Below, piece after piece: positions 29,767 to 40,072 of a stretch of DNA of 64,000 nt. How positions within the stretch are numbered: the stretch's first letter is position 1; each line of letters begins with the position of its first letter. The translations under genes were made by a program, and so were the position numbers. Origin of the DNA: a bacterium (GTDB lineage: Bacteria > Hinthialibacterota > Hinthialibacteria > Hinthialibacterales > Hinthialibacteraceae); contig CAXXMV010000002.1 of NCBI GenBank assembly GCA_963662285.2, positions 1,184,001 through 1,248,000 of the forward strand. The letters are read 5' to 3'. The notes below the pieces were generated by a model. The model worked only from the letters and a program-made list of their open reading frames with translations. It searched no databases and was not told where the DNA came from.

Positions 29767-30987
29767 TCATCGGCTCAGCCACGAAATGGGATTAAGCGCC
29801 TGATCGTTATATCGCAAACCGAAATAATACTCCATACCCATAGTATGCCCGATCACCTGCCCGGATGAAACGCTTTGCTGCGAGGAAACTTGCGGTTTTA
29901 CATTTCCATAAACCGTCACGTAATCATCTCCATGATCAATAATGATAGTTGACCCCATGCCTGCGATCTCGCCGGTATGAAAAACAACGCCCTTGGCAAC
30001 GGTGCAAATCGGATTATTTTCGGAAACGCGCACATTGATGCCGTAACTCCGCATTTTAACCTGGTATTGAGGGTGGGTAAACTCGCCGAAGGGGCGCACG
30101 ATAGTTCCTGGTGCAGGCCATGGCAGTTTGCCTTTTTGCTGAGCGATAGGACGATTATCCCCTGTTGTTGATTGTGATTGTGTTATAGGTATTTTAACTG
30201 CGATTTCGCTTGGAGGCGGTTTTGTTTGTTGCTCTTGTTTACGTTTTGCTTCTTCTGCGCTTCTTTTTTGTGCGGCTGCCAGTCTTTGTTTAGCGATACT
30301 CTCTTGAATGATTTTTTCAGCAGACGCCAGTTCGTTGCGTAATTCAGCAACGCGCTTTTCTATTTCAGCGGATGTTATTTGAGCTTTTTCTACTGCTTTT
30401 GAATTTTCTGTAACAACACGTTCATGATTCTCTTTTTTTTCCAGATCGGCCGGAAGATAACGGGTGAAAATTCGTTCCTGAAGCGCTTGTTTATCTTCAA
30501 TTACGTTCAATAGTTCGGCCATGCGGGGCTTTTCGCCCTGCATTTCTTGAAATATCTTTTGCGTGATCTGGTCGATGGCCTGAGATATGCTTTTAACGGT
30601 TATTTGATGAGCTGGTCCCTGATATGGGGAATATGGTTTATAGTCGCTGAGAATTTCAAGGCAGCGTGAGAAAAAAAGTTCTCTCTTGTTATTTCGTACT
30701 TCAATGTGAGATATTTCGGTTTGCGCCGCATCAATCACTTTTTGGGCTTGATCCAGATTATATTGATAATTACGGAGGATTTTATCGAATTTTTGTAATT
30801 TGTATTGACTGTTTTTTATACTATTTTCCAGTTGACGTTTTTGTTCTTGAATATCTTTAGCCCGCTTCATCTCCGTCTGGATCTTTTTACGTAAACTGCT
30901 GGTGCTTTGCTGGATTTTTTCGGCAGAGCATGGCGCAGCCATAATGACAGTGAGCATAATAATTAATGCGCTTCGCGTGAAGAACAT
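29767..30987 (-). CDS. envC: EnvC-like murein hydrolase activator (coiled coil plus degenerate M23)
   Basis: Signal peptide, long coiled coil, KGKLPWP, IIIDHG; Zn-ligand His residues missing; synteny ftsX-envC-ctpA. Confidence 0.75.
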   Translation of the reverse strand: MFFTRSALIIMLTVIMAAPCSAEKIQQSTSSLRKKIQTEMKRAKDIQEQKRQLENSIKNSQYKLQKFDKILRNYQYNLDQAQKVIDAAQTEISHIEVRNNKRELFFSRCLEILSDYKPYSPYQGPAHQITVKSISQAIDQITQKIFQEMQGEKPRMAELLNVIEDKQALQERIFTRYLPADLEKKENHERVVTENSKAVEKAQITSAEIEKRVAELRNELASAEKIIQESIAKQRLAAAQKRSAEEAKRKQEQQTKPPPSEIAVKIPITQSQSTTGDNRPIAQQKGKLPWPAPGTIVRPFGEFTHPQYQVKMRSYGINVRVSENNPICTVAKGVVFHTGEIAGMGSTIIIDHGDDYVTVYGNVKPQVSSQQSVSSGQVIGHTMGMEYYFGLRYNDQALNPISWLSR

Positions 30988-30990
30988 GGA

Positions 30991-31878
30991 TTACTCCCCT
31001 CCCCATCCTTTTACCGGGGGATTAATGTTCGTAACCGAGTTGATCTCTTTTGTCTTTATCCACCAGCCTATAAGGCACACTGTAATCGCCAGAGCGCCGG
31101 ATATGACGGCGCCCTCGGTTATGTAGGAGAAGAAGCCCGGTCCTTCTGCGGTCGGAGCGGGAAAGGGGAAAAGCAGGTATCCCAAGGTGAATACGGCGCT
31201 ATAGCATATTACAGAGAATGCGACATGAAAGATGATTAATTGAATCCATACGCCCTCTGGATTAACTTGCGAGCCAGCGCCTCCGAATCCGGTTCGAACT
31301 ACGTAATCACGGCGAAAGCGAACAGGATAACTGCTGAGCAGTCCCACGGTGATTGCCGTCATGAAAAGAAAGAAAAGAATGGAATAATAGTTCTGTTCTT
31401 TATCCCATTGATCCAGATTCGCTGAATAGGCCTGAAAGCGCTTTTGATCCCAGATAACTTGGATTACGCCGCTTACATTTTGAATCTGCTCCGCTAATTG
31501 CGGCGAGCGATGAATTGGATCGAGCTGGAATTCTGAAGTTGCGTAGAGGATTGGATCCAGATGAGCGCTCCATAATTCGTTCCAGTCTTCTTCGTAATCA
31601 GCCGGGCCTTTCCATGGAGGAACCGGGATATTCAATTCTGCTGCATTGATGTCATGTATGGCTTCTACTATGGAGACGATCTCGTCGTTGCGCCCTTCTT
31701 CCAAACCATATTCAAGCCGGGCGGCGTAAAGCACCGGGAAAACGGCTTGTTCTATGGTCTGTTTTTTGAATTGAAAATATATCTGAGTGAGAGAACGAAG
31801 CGAAACGCAACAGGAAACAATGATGATTAATGCTGTGTATAGTTGAATCTTGGAATTTTTCAATTTTAATAATACCAT
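30991..31878 (-). CDS. Divergent FtsX-like membrane protein
   Basis: One TM helix, periplasmic domain (IQNVSGVIQVIWDQ), three TM helices; immediately upstream of envC. Confidence 0.5.
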   Translation of the reverse strand: MVLLKLKNSKIQLYTALIIIVSCCVSLRSLTQIYFQFKKQTIEQAVFPVLYAARLEYGLEEGRNDEIVSIVEAIHDINAAELNIPVPPWKGPADYEEDWNELWSAHLDPILYATSEFQLDPIHRSPQLAEQIQNVSGVIQVIWDQKRFQAYSANLDQWDKEQNYYSILFFLFMTAITVGLLSSYPVRFRRDYVVRTGFGGAGSQVNPEGVWIQLIIFHVAFSVICYSAVFTLGYLLFPFPAPTAEGPGFFSYITEGAVISGALAITVCLIGWWIKTKEINSVTNINPPVKGWGGE

Positions 31879-31971
31879 TTAGGAAATAGAACTTTCTGGT
31901 TGTATCTTGCATGTATTTACAAATTATATGCACGAGAGACGCTGATGTAAATAATCTTCAGCATTTTTAAT

Positions 31972-32964
31972 TCACCCGGAATAGGCTTGTTGGACTGTTT
32001 TACCTACTATTTCCGGTTCTGAATCCAGGGAAACAATGCCTGATGTGGTCCAAGGACCGGTTCGTTCGGGGTATGTCGGACCAAAAAGGGCAATATTGGG
32101 CATCTTAAGCGCTCCTGCAATCTGGATTGGCCCGGTATCTCCTCCAATGCATATTCCCGCCGATCTGATAAGTTCAACTAATTCAGGGATATCCGTTTGG
32201 GGGCCGATGATAATTTTATTTCCTGCATTTGCTGGAATCATCTGCTTAAGTTGTTCATCTTTCCCCGGAGTCCATGAGAATACAACGCGATAGCCTGTTT
32301 GAGACAGTTCTTGGGCTAATCGGGTGAAATGCTGTTGCGGCCACTCTTTTTCCCGGCGTCCGCAGAATGGAAATAACAGGCAATAACCTTTCTCTGATAG
32401 ATCATGAACTCGAAGCCATTCAAGTATAGGGCGTTGGGCGAATGGGTCAGGATTAAGTGGAAAGCGTGGCTCGCTTATTTCGATGCCTAGAGCAGTGAGC
32501 AGGTTCAGGTTGCGTATGATGATATGCTTCATGTCGGCTGGATGGTTAACCGGATGATTGTTGAGCCACTGGCTGATCTCTTTTGCTTCACCCTGACCAT
32601 GTCCGATGCGGTGAGGCGCCCGGGTTAAAAAAGATAGAGTTGCGCTTTTGGTATTACTCTGCGCATCAACCACCAGATCGAAGCGCCGCATGCGCAACCG
32701 GCGCGCTAAGCGTAATGCTTCAGTGGTTTTATTCCAGTTTGATCTCATCTCTTTCCATCTGTGACGGGGGAAAACGATAATTTCATCAATACCGGGAATA
32801 TTGCGTATCAATGGCGCATAATTGTCCTGAATAGCCCATGCGATATGTTTATCAGGGAATCTCTGACGTAAAGCGGTGAAAACCGGGATCGAAGCGACGC
32901 AGTCTCCCAACGCTGAAAGTCTTACTATTAATATACGCTCTATTTTATCAAGGTCTATTTTCAT
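31972..32964 (-). CDS. GT9 LPS heptosyltransferase (WaaC/WaaF-like)
   Basis: ILIVRLSALGD, FDLVVDAQ, KEWP, GGDTGP, ALFGPT. Confidence 0.9.
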   Translation of the reverse strand: MKIDLDKIERILIVRLSALGDCVASIPVFTALRQRFPDKHIAWAIQDNYAPLIRNIPGIDEIIVFPRHRWKEMRSNWNKTTEALRLARRLRMRRFDLVVDAQSNTKSATLSFLTRAPHRIGHGQGEAKEISQWLNNHPVNHPADMKHIIIRNLNLLTALGIEISEPRFPLNPDPFAQRPILEWLRVHDLSEKGYCLLFPFCGRREKEWPQQHFTRLAQELSQTGYRVVFSWTPGKDEQLKQMIPANAGNKIIIGPQTDIPELVELIRSAGICIGGDTGPIQIAGALKMPNIALFGPTYPERTGPWTTSGIVSLDSEPEIVGKTVQQAYSG

Positions 32965-33260
32965 AGAAGAAAGATGCTCAAGGCCATCGTCGGTTCGGAT
33001 TTGAGTAAATTATATGTAAGATAAAATCTCTTGGAATAAAATACTCATTATTTTTATGCTATTCTATTAGAAATAGAATAGGAAGAAGCATCTACCGGAA
33101 AAAAAGATAATATCATTCGGCATGCTTCTATAACGAAGGATAAGCATGAAAAGGTTCATTCTTTTCCACATATATCTGTAAGAACACTTGCCAAGGCGGT
33201 GTTTTTTGCGTAAAAAGTTAAATTGAACGTGATTTTATTTCTTAAAAGGTGCCGTAATAG

Positions 33261-33884
33261 ATGGAATTAAAACTGGATAACCAACTGATTGATGTTTGTG
33301 AAAGCGATGATGTTTCTGTGCAGCAGGTCATTGAGCGCGTATCTAATGACCTGAAGGACAGTAAACGCGTGATTAGTGAGATATCTGTAAATGGCCGCGT
33401 CATGGGGGGGATGGATGATCCACTTTGCGCAGAATTAACGGTTGGTACATGCCAGAGCGTGGTTTTAATTTCAGAAGAGCCGCGCCGCCTGGCTCATAAA
33501 GTGCTCTACGATATCGCAGGGTATATGCCCAAAATTCAGGAAGCGCTGGTTGAGACCTCCAATTTGATTCAATCCCGCAAAGAAGAACAAGGTCTTAGAA
33601 TGCTGGAGCAGGTCACTTCAACCTGGTCGGAGTTATACCAGGGATTCGGCAATGCACTGATCGTAACCGGGCTTGATCTTGATTCTGTGTCTGTTAAAGG
33701 AAAAACTTTTACAAGCGTCAACGATGATATTCAACAACTATTAGAAAGCATCTCAGACCTGGTTGAAGAACAAAGGTTTCTGGAATTATCCGATATGCTG
33801 GAATACGAACTGGCGCCCAAAATGCCCCTGGTCGAAGAAGGCATCTACCAACTAGTCAAGGAACTGGAAAAGGGCGTTAATTGA
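33261..33884 (+). CDS. Hypothetical helical protein
   Basis: Ubiquitin-like-looking N-terminus (VISEISVNG) and C-terminal LSDMLEYELAP motif; function unknown. Confidence 0.7.
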   Translation: MELKLDNQLIDVCESDDVSVQQVIERVSNDLKDSKRVISEISVNGRVMGGMDDPLCAELTVGTCQSVVLISEEPRRLAHKVLYDIAGYMPKIQEALVETSNLIQSRKEEQGLRMLEQVTSTWSELYQGFGNALIVTGLDLDSVSVKGKTFTSVNDDIQQLLESISDLVEEQRFLELSDMLEYELAPKMPLVEEGIYQLVKELEKGVN

Positions 33885-33894
33885 TTTGTCGAAG

Positions 33895-34206
33895 TTAATC
33901 TGCTTTTGTTTCAGGAACAATAGAAAGACGCAATCCTGTAGCCCGCAAAACCTTGGTCAATGTTTAAAGTTTTGGATTTCCTGTTTTTGAAAGTGATTTA
34001 TATAGACTTTCCCGCCCTAAACTGGTTTTTTCGGCCAGGACGGATATACCGCCCAGACGCGCGTCAGCCACATTTTTCAAAGCAAGTTTGAACAATTCCA
34101 TATCCCCATCTGCAAGGCATTCTTCCAGATACAACGCCGCACATTCCGGGTCTTTTAATAATTCGTTGCTTAATTCCTTAAAAGGTCTACTCGCTTTTCT
34201 AGCCAT
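33895..34206 (-). pseudogene. HI1420-type addiction-module antitoxin with premature stop
   Basis: MARKAS...LYLEECL..ALKNVADAR.GGISVLAEKTSLGRESLYKSLSKTGNPKL*TLTKVLRATGLRLSIV; TAA at 33964-33966 interrupts the conserved tail. Confidence 0.8.
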
Positions 34207-34268
34207 GATTTTCTGTTCTTTCAATTGTCCTTGGCTCTTGGTGCGCAATACTATTAAATTCAACAATC

Positions 34269-34325
34269 ACCCAATCATATCAAATCCAGTTCATCCTTCC
34301 ATCCTGAGTATCCAGATTCAGACAA
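34269..34325 (+). repeat. 57-bp direct repeat, copy 1
   Basis: acccaatcatatcaaatccagttcatccttccatcctgagtatccagattcagacaa, closely matching 34937-34993. Confidence 0.85.
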
Positions 34326-34445
34326 GTAATAATCTTGTTAATATTATATCATGAGGGATATCCGTTTCTGGATATAGTGGGTGGTTCTTTAGTGAGTCGG
34401 AAAGGCTTAGTTACCCTAAGCGCTGTCAGCCGGAAATAAAAATGC

Positions 34446-34474
34446 TTGACGAATGATGACAAAAATGTCATCAT
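34446..34474 (+). promoter_or_regulatory. -35 box overlapped by a palindromic operator
   Basis: TTGACG at 34446; atgatgaca-aaaa-tgtcatcat at 34453-34474. Confidence 0.65.
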
Positions 34475-34521
34475 CTCATGTCAATACGGAATAGGATTAA
34501 CAAGTTGAAAGAGGCGCTCTT

Positions 34522-34836
34522 ATGACTGAAAAAATCGAAATCGTCCGTGGTAGTGGAAACCTCTACAAAGACCTTGGATATCCAGATGCGGATGTACGTC
34601 AGGCGAAAGTTTTACTTGCTTCGAAAATCATTGGCATTTTAGAGGAACGGGAACTTTCCACTCGTCAAGCGGCAGGATTAACAGGCGTTGATCAAAGCGA
34701 ATTTGTAAGGCTTCGCAAACCTGAACTGAAACGTTTCACCATTGACCGGTTGATTACGATCCTGAATAAATTGGATCAAACTGTTGATGTGTCTTTCAAC
34801 GTAGAATTAAATCCTATGCTTGAACGTCAGGGATAA
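34522..34836 (+). CDS. XRE/HigA-type HTH antitoxin
   Basis: GSGNLYKDLG, LSTRQAAGLTGVDQSEFVRL, FTIDRL. Confidence 0.85.
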   Translation: MTEKIEIVRGSGNLYKDLGYPDADVRQAKVLLASKIIGILEERELSTRQAAGLTGVDQSEFVRLRKPELKRFTIDRLITILNKLDQTVDVSFNVELNPMLERQG

Positions 34837-34866
34837 AGTGAAGACTTTGAGGCGTATACTTAATCG

Positions 34867-34912
34867 TGGGTGGTTTATCAAGGGCTGACCGCATTGCGGT
34901 CTTGCCCTTGGC
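34867..34912 (-). repeat. REP-like palindrome family A, copy 2
   Basis: Reverse complement gccaagggcaagaccgcaatgcggtcagcccttgataaaccaccca. Confidence 0.85.
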
Positions 34913-34936
34913 GCCCGGCTATTAATTATTACAACT

Positions 34937-34993
34937 ACCCAATCATATAAAATCCAAGTCATCCTTCCATCCAGAGTATCCAGATTCAGACAA
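34937..34993 (+). repeat. 57-bp direct repeat, copy 2
   Basis: acccaatcatataaaatccaagtcatccttccatccagagtatccagattcagacaa. Confidence 0.85.
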
Positions 34994-35128
34994 ATAACCA
35001 CCCAGACCAAAATAAAGTTCAGTATTTGTCGCTTGGTATTCCGTAAATAATCGGATGTGTTTACTATATTGATGCCGTTATCTTATCTCGAAAATAGCTA
35101 ATCAAATTTTATCCACCGGGGGAAACCA

Positions 35129-36751
35129 ATGAATCTACGATACTATTCGATACTCATCCTTCTTTTTATTGTCATTCCGATATGGTCAGAAGAACGTCCA
35201 GACTCAGAAATCTGTATGGTGCAGATGCGGGATGGCTTAAAATTGGCTACTAAAATTTATTTTCCAGAGGAAGGAGACGGTCCCTGGCCGATTCTATTGT
35301 CTCGAACTCCTTATGGAAAAGGCACACGTGAAGAGCATGAAAAGTTCTTATCGAAAGGAATTATAGTCATAATTCAAGAAGTACGTGGGACAGGAGATTC
35401 TGAAGGTACGTTCGACTTACTTGCTTCGAGTGGTTGGGGAGAAAAGCAAGATGGTTTTGATACCGTCGAATGGATTATGGCTCAACCGTGGTGTAATGGT
35501 AAGATCGCAACATTCGGTGGTTCAGCTGTAGGACATACACAAATTTTATTAGCCGGTACTGGTCCTGGAGGGCTAGTTGGGCAACATATTATCGTCGCAT
35601 CCATTGGAAGTTACCGCACCTATTATAAGGGAGGAGTGTTCCGTAAATTGTTCGTTGAGACCATTACTGGCTGGTATCGAGGTCAAGATCAAGTATTGAA
35701 TACTGTAAGGTCGCACTATACATACGATGATTATTGGAAAACACAAAACTTGGCCGAGCGCGCCGACCGGGTCAATTGGCCTGTTTTATTGAAAACGGGC
35801 TGGTTTGATTTAGGTCTGCAAGGAGCCATTGATACCTATAACACGATTCGAAGTAGGGGCGGTTCAAAAGCGCGGAATCAAGTTTGCTTGACCATATGTC
35901 CATGTGGGCATGGAATAGAGGCCGGACAGTTTAAATTTCCCGAAGAGATCATATCGTTATTGGACGAGGTTCCTTATGAGGACTATTTCCATTGGTTATT
36001 GGATAGCCCCGCACCGGACAAGATTCCGGCTATCAAATACTTTACGATGGGTGAGAATCCTATCGGAAATTCGCCGGGAAACGAATGGAAGACGTCGCAA
36101 ACCTGGCCGCCGGAAAATTCCCGATTAATTCCGTTTTATCTCGCAGCCAATGATAATCTTAAGCAAAAAAAGTCAGAACCATCTAAAGTTAACTTCGTGT
36201 ATGATCCCAAAAATCCTGTACCTACAAACGGAGGGCAGGTTGCTTTTAACTTATTAGGTGCTTTTGACCAAAGCGAGTCTGAAAAGCGTGAGGATGTAAT
36301 CGTCTTCAGCACTCCGATTCTCAAGGAGCCAGTCGAGGTTACCGGACGAATGACCGCTGTACTCTATGTATCGACCAGCGCGGTCGATACGGATTTCACC
36401 ACCAAGATATGCGATGTTTATCCCGATGGCCGTAGTATGATGCTGACTCGCAGTATACGTCGTCTCAGTTTCCGTAACTCGTATGAGAAACACGAACTCG
36501 CAACACCGGGAAAAATCTATAAACTGGAAATTGATCTGCTATCCACTAGCATGGTCTTCAATACTGGCCACCGTATTCGAGTTGATATATCCAGCAGCAA
36601 CAGTCCCTGGTTAGAACCCAATCCCAATACAGGCGTTCCCAATGATAGCATCGAACATTCAATCAAAGCGAATCAGACCATTTATCTGGGAGGCGACCAT
36701 GCCTCCTATATTAATTTGCCCATTGTGGGATCGTTAGATGGTTTGAATTGA
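35129..36751 (+). CDS. CocE/NonD family (S15) alpha/beta hydrolase, secreted
   Basis: MRDGLKLAT, RTPY, RGTGDSEG, QPWCNGK, GGSAVG, GWFD, YDPKNPVPT, GHRIRVDISSSN. Confidence 0.9.
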   Translation: MNLRYYSILILLFIVIPIWSEERPDSEICMVQMRDGLKLATKIYFPEEGDGPWPILLSRTPYGKGTREEHEKFLSKGIIVIIQEVRGTGDSEGTFDLLASSGWGEKQDGFDTVEWIMAQPWCNGKIATFGGSAVGHTQILLAGTGPGGLVGQHIIVASIGSYRTYYKGGVFRKLFVETITGWYRGQDQVLNTVRSHYTYDDYWKTQNLAERADRVNWPVLLKTGWFDLGLQGAIDTYNTIRSRGGSKARNQVCLTICPCGHGIEAGQFKFPEEIISLLDEVPYEDYFHWLLDSPAPDKIPAIKYFTMGENPIGNSPGNEWKTSQTWPPENSRLIPFYLAANDNLKQKKSEPSKVNFVYDPKNPVPTNGGQVAFNLLGAFDQSESEKREDVIVFSTPILKEPVEVTGRMTAVLYVSTSAVDTDFTTKICDVYPDGRSMMLTRSIRRLSFRNSYEKHELATPGKIYKLEIDLLSTSMVFNTGHRIRVDISSSNSPWLEPNPNTGVPNDSIEHSIKANQTIYLGGDHASYINLPIVGSLDGLN

Positions 36752-36785
36752 TTGGTTAATCCAAGGCGGCGGAATTTGTATTGTT

Positions 36786-36814
36786 TCAAGCCTTCGCCCG
36801 AAGGCTTGATTTTA
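36786..36814 (+). terminator. Terminator after the CocE gene
   Basis: tcaagccttcg-cc-cgaaggcttga followed by a T run. Confidence 0.7.
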
Positions 36815-36839
36815 CTGATTCTCCAGATTTACTTCATCT

Positions 36840-38222
36840 ATGAAAGTTCTACTGCTTAATCCCTGGATTCATGATTTTGCTGCTTTTGATCATTGGACCC
36901 GTCCGCTTAATCTGCTGCGTCTGGCCTCGCTGCTGCTCAAGTGTGGTTGTGAGGTGGACTTCTATGATTGCCTGAATCGACGATCCCCTGATCTCAATGG
37001 ATTTTCCGCTCCTCAACGGCATCGGTTGAATCCCTGGGGATGCGGGCATTATTATCGTGAATCTATTCCATTGCCGGAAATTCTCGAATTCGTACCGCGT
37101 CAATATAAACGTTACGGCGTTCCACCTGAGCGGGTCAAGCAGAGTTTGCAGCAATTGGATCAACCGGACGTGGTAGTGATTTCCACTATGATGACCTATT
37201 GGTATCCGGGCGTATTTGAAGCGGTGAAAATGATGCGCCAGGTGTTTCCCAAAGCCAAGGTTATCATCGGGGGGATATATGCTGTTCTGTGCAAGGAACA
37301 TGCTGAGCAATATTCCGGCGCCGATGCGGTAGTCAGTGGGCCTCATTGGCCTTCAATCGTGAATCAGATACTGGAAATTGCTGGTGACTCCAGTAATCCA
37401 TGCGCAGGCGACCAAAGCACATGGATTGAACCTTGCTACGATTATATTAAAGGCGATCCGTGTTTGCCGCTGCTTACTTCTACTGGATGCCCGTGTCATT
37501 GCGTGTATTGCGCGACCCATGAATTATGGCCTAAGTGCGTGCAATACGGCCATGATGATATTATCAATTCTATTGAGCGCATGGAGTATGAATTCGGCGC
37601 TACCGATGCGGCTTTCTATGATGATGCTCTACTTATAAATAAAGAGACTCATATGATTCCTCTGATGGAAACCATAATCCAAAGAGAATGCCATATTCGT
37701 TTTCATACTCCAAACGCCCTGCATGTGCGGCAGATCAACCGTGAGACGGCCCATCTCATGAAGCGGGCCGGATTCGTTACGGTTCGCCTGGGTCTCGAAG
37801 TGGTTGAAAAAGATTTGCAGAAAGAGACCGGCGGAAAAGTATATACTGAGGAATACATCCAGGCAGTGCGATACCTGCGCCAAGCAGGTTTCAGCGGGCG
37901 GGAAATCGGGACGTATATATTGTATGGCATGCCGGGGCAGACAATTGAATCGGTTTGGGAAGCTTGCCAATTGGTAGTAGAGCAGGGAAGCGAAGTCAAA
38001 CTTGCCATGTATTCTCCCATTCCCAAAACGCCGGTTTTTGAAAAATCAGTGGATGATTTTATCTTTGATCCAGGCAGTGATCCCTTGCTTCATAACAGTT
38101 CTCTGGCGCCTTGGCGTTCACGATCTATCCCCTATGAACGCTATCAGGAGATGAAAAAACAAGTTGCTTTTCTCAATCAAAATGTAAGAAAAACCCCTTC
38201 TGAAGGGGCTAAAACGAGATAA
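36840..38222 (+). CDS. B12-binding-domain radical SAM protein
   Basis: LLLNPWIHDF N-terminal B12-like domain, MMTYWYPG, GGIYA, CPCHCVYC, FYDDALL, TPNALH. Confidence 0.88.
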   Translation: MKVLLLNPWIHDFAAFDHWTRPLNLLRLASLLLKCGCEVDFYDCLNRRSPDLNGFSAPQRHRLNPWGCGHYYRESIPLPEILEFVPRQYKRYGVPPERVKQSLQQLDQPDVVVISTMMTYWYPGVFEAVKMMRQVFPKAKVIIGGIYAVLCKEHAEQYSGADAVVSGPHWPSIVNQILEIAGDSSNPCAGDQSTWIEPCYDYIKGDPCLPLLTSTGCPCHCVYCATHELWPKCVQYGHDDIINSIERMEYEFGATDAAFYDDALLINKETHMIPLMETIIQRECHIRFHTPNALHVRQINRETAHLMKRAGFVTVRLGLEVVEKDLQKETGGKVYTEEYIQAVRYLRQAGFSGREIGTYILYGMPGQTIESVWEACQLVVEQGSEVKLAMYSPIPKTPVFEKSVDDFIFDPGSDPLLHNSSLAPWRSRSIPYERYQEMKKQVAFLNQNVRKTPSEGAKTR

Positions 38223-38352
38223 TTTCGCAAAAATAACGGAAAAACGAGGATTTTTCAGGATTTTTTAATATTTTTGCTTGACGGATATTTAAAAATATGT
38301 AAATTACATTAGGTAAAATATAATTCGTACAATCATACAAAGGAGAATAGTT

Positions 38353-38682
38353 ATGGTAAGGAAAGCCGCAGCCAAAAAAACCACCGAAAAAACCACTACT
38401 GCCAAGAAACCAATTACAAAAGCGCAGTTGGTGACTCAACTGGCCGAATCATGTGAATTAACCAAAAAGCAGGTTGGTGATCTGCTGGCTGAACTGGCTG
38501 CCGTGGGATACAAAGAAGCCAAGAAAGGCTTCACTCTCCCCGGTTTTGGCAAATTGATTGTTGTTAAGCGCAAGGCGCGTATGGGTCGTAATCCTGCGAC
38601 AGGCGAAACAATCAAGATACCGGCCAAGACAGTGCTCAAATTCCGTATTGCCAAAGCTTGTAAAGACGCAGTTTTAGGATAA
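38353..38682 (+). CDS. hup: HU family DNA-binding protein with Lys/Ala-rich N-terminal tail
   Basis: LPGFGKL, RKARMGRNPATGETIKIPAK. Confidence 0.93.
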   Translation: MVRKAAAKKTTEKTTTAKKPITKAQLVTQLAESCELTKKQVGDLLAELAAVGYKEAKKGFTLPGFGKLIVVKRKARMGRNPATGETIKIPAKTVLKFRIAKACKDAVLG

Positions 38683-38781
38683 CGCAATTTACTAGTTAAT
38701 TGTTAAATCTGGGTTGAGGGACCTTCTTTTTCAGTTAACCTAGGTGCGGCCTACGGATAAAGACTAGGATTTTCGTTACTC

Positions 38782-38826
38782 CCCCCTCTTCTTCCAATAT
38801 AGATATGGAAGGAGGGGGTTTTTTTA
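38782..38826 (+). terminator. Terminator after hup
   Basis: ccccctcttcttcca...tggaaggaggggg followed by a long T run. Confidence 0.7.
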
Positions 38827-38915
38827 TTTTAATGCATTTTGGATTTTTGTAATGTTTTGGATATTGGTGGTGTTATATAGAGAGAGTCATTTTATTCCAA
38901 GGAGGCATCCCATCA

Positions 38916-40007
38916 ATGAAGAATCGCGCAAGAATAATATTCATGGCAGTTTTAATTTTCTTATTATGCGGCATGGGTTTATTATCGATTCTTTTTCCAA
39001 ATGAAGAATTGCCGCCTCTACCAACTCGACAGCCGGATTTTGAAATTAAACTTATGAATCCTTCATGCGTCGCTTTCTCTCCTGATGGGAAGCAGATTGC
39101 TATCGGGCATATGGATGGTTGGGATCTGTTTGATTTTAATACTAGAGAGATGGTTGATAAGCATAGATGGAAAGAATCTTATGTTTCTCAAATATCCTTC
39201 TCGCCGGATGGAAGGAGATTGCTAACTTCCAGGGACGACGAAAATATAATTCTGTGGGATATCGAAACAAAGAAAGAACTATTCAGATTAGATAAAATAG
39301 GCTTTTGCACTTCAATAGGTTTTTCTTTGGATGGAAGCAAAATAGTTGCGGCGGTTGGCCAGCGTGTACCTACCCCTGGATATGCTGCGATTTGGGATAT
39401 CAAGACCGGGAAATCGGAAAGTGTTTTCCGTACATCATGTAACCGGGCAGTTTACGCCCCGGATCAAAAATCGGTGGTTTTAACCCATGTTAACCAGGTC
39501 GAAAGGTGGGGTATTGACATAGAAGATAAAGTTAAAGATATCGCCGTATTCAAACAGGGTATAGTTGCGTCCGGTTTTTCTGTTGATGGCAAGCAGATGT
39601 TGGCAGCATTATTTAATGCTCCGGCAAAACTGATTGATATTGAATCCGGAAGTATCTTAAAGGAATTCAAGAATACCAAGGGTTGGTTGAAATTCGCTGG
39701 TTTATCCCAAAATAGCTCCTTTGCCCTGGTAGGTGATTCAGGCGGGATTCCTATGAAGGCTTCAAAAGCCGATATCTTGGACAAGATACCTTTTTCCGAG
39801 GTAGTATACCCAAGAAGATGTAAAGGCGGCCTCTATGTTTATTCGACTGCTTCTGGAGAAGGAATAGTAAGATTGGCGGGATATGATATGTGGTATAGTT
39901 TTGCTCTCTCCGCTGATCGATCAATGGCGGCTGGGGTCACGCAAGGCTCCGTCTGCTTTTGGGATATCAGCAATATTGTTGACGATACGGTTGCTGATTC
40001 GGAATAG
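38916..40007 (+). CDS. Membrane-anchored WD40-repeat protein
   Basis: N-terminal TM helix; AFSPDG and LWDI repeats. Confidence 0.85.
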   Translation: MKNRARIIFMAVLIFLLCGMGLLSILFPNEELPPLPTRQPDFEIKLMNPSCVAFSPDGKQIAIGHMDGWDLFDFNTREMVDKHRWKESYVSQISFSPDGRRLLTSRDDENIILWDIETKKELFRLDKIGFCTSIGFSLDGSKIVAAVGQRVPTPGYAAIWDIKTGKSESVFRTSCNRAVYAPDQKSVVLTHVNQVERWGIDIEDKVKDIAVFKQGIVASGFSVDGKQMLAALFNAPAKLIDIESGSILKEFKNTKGWLKFAGLSQNSSFALVGDSGGIPMKASKADILDKIPFSEVVYPRRCKGGLYVYSTASGEGIVRLAGYDMWYSFALSADRSMAAGVTQGSVCFWDISNIVDDTVADSE

Positions 40008-40072
40008 CGATTTGCACTATATATATACGTATGATTGGAATGTTTGGTTCATCATAGGAAGGAAGCGCATCC

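Noticed and set aside
33964-34266. 100-aa ORF as called by the track
   Set aside because: The true start is ATG 34206 and homology continues past the stop, so it is treated as a pseudogene.
34269-34993. Direct repeats as integron attC sites
   Set aside because: No RYYYAAC/GTTRRRY boxes and no integrase in the window.
35515-35535. CocE nucleophile motif GGSAVG instead of GxSYxG
   Set aside because: The catalytic Ser is retained; not enough to claim inactivity or novelty.
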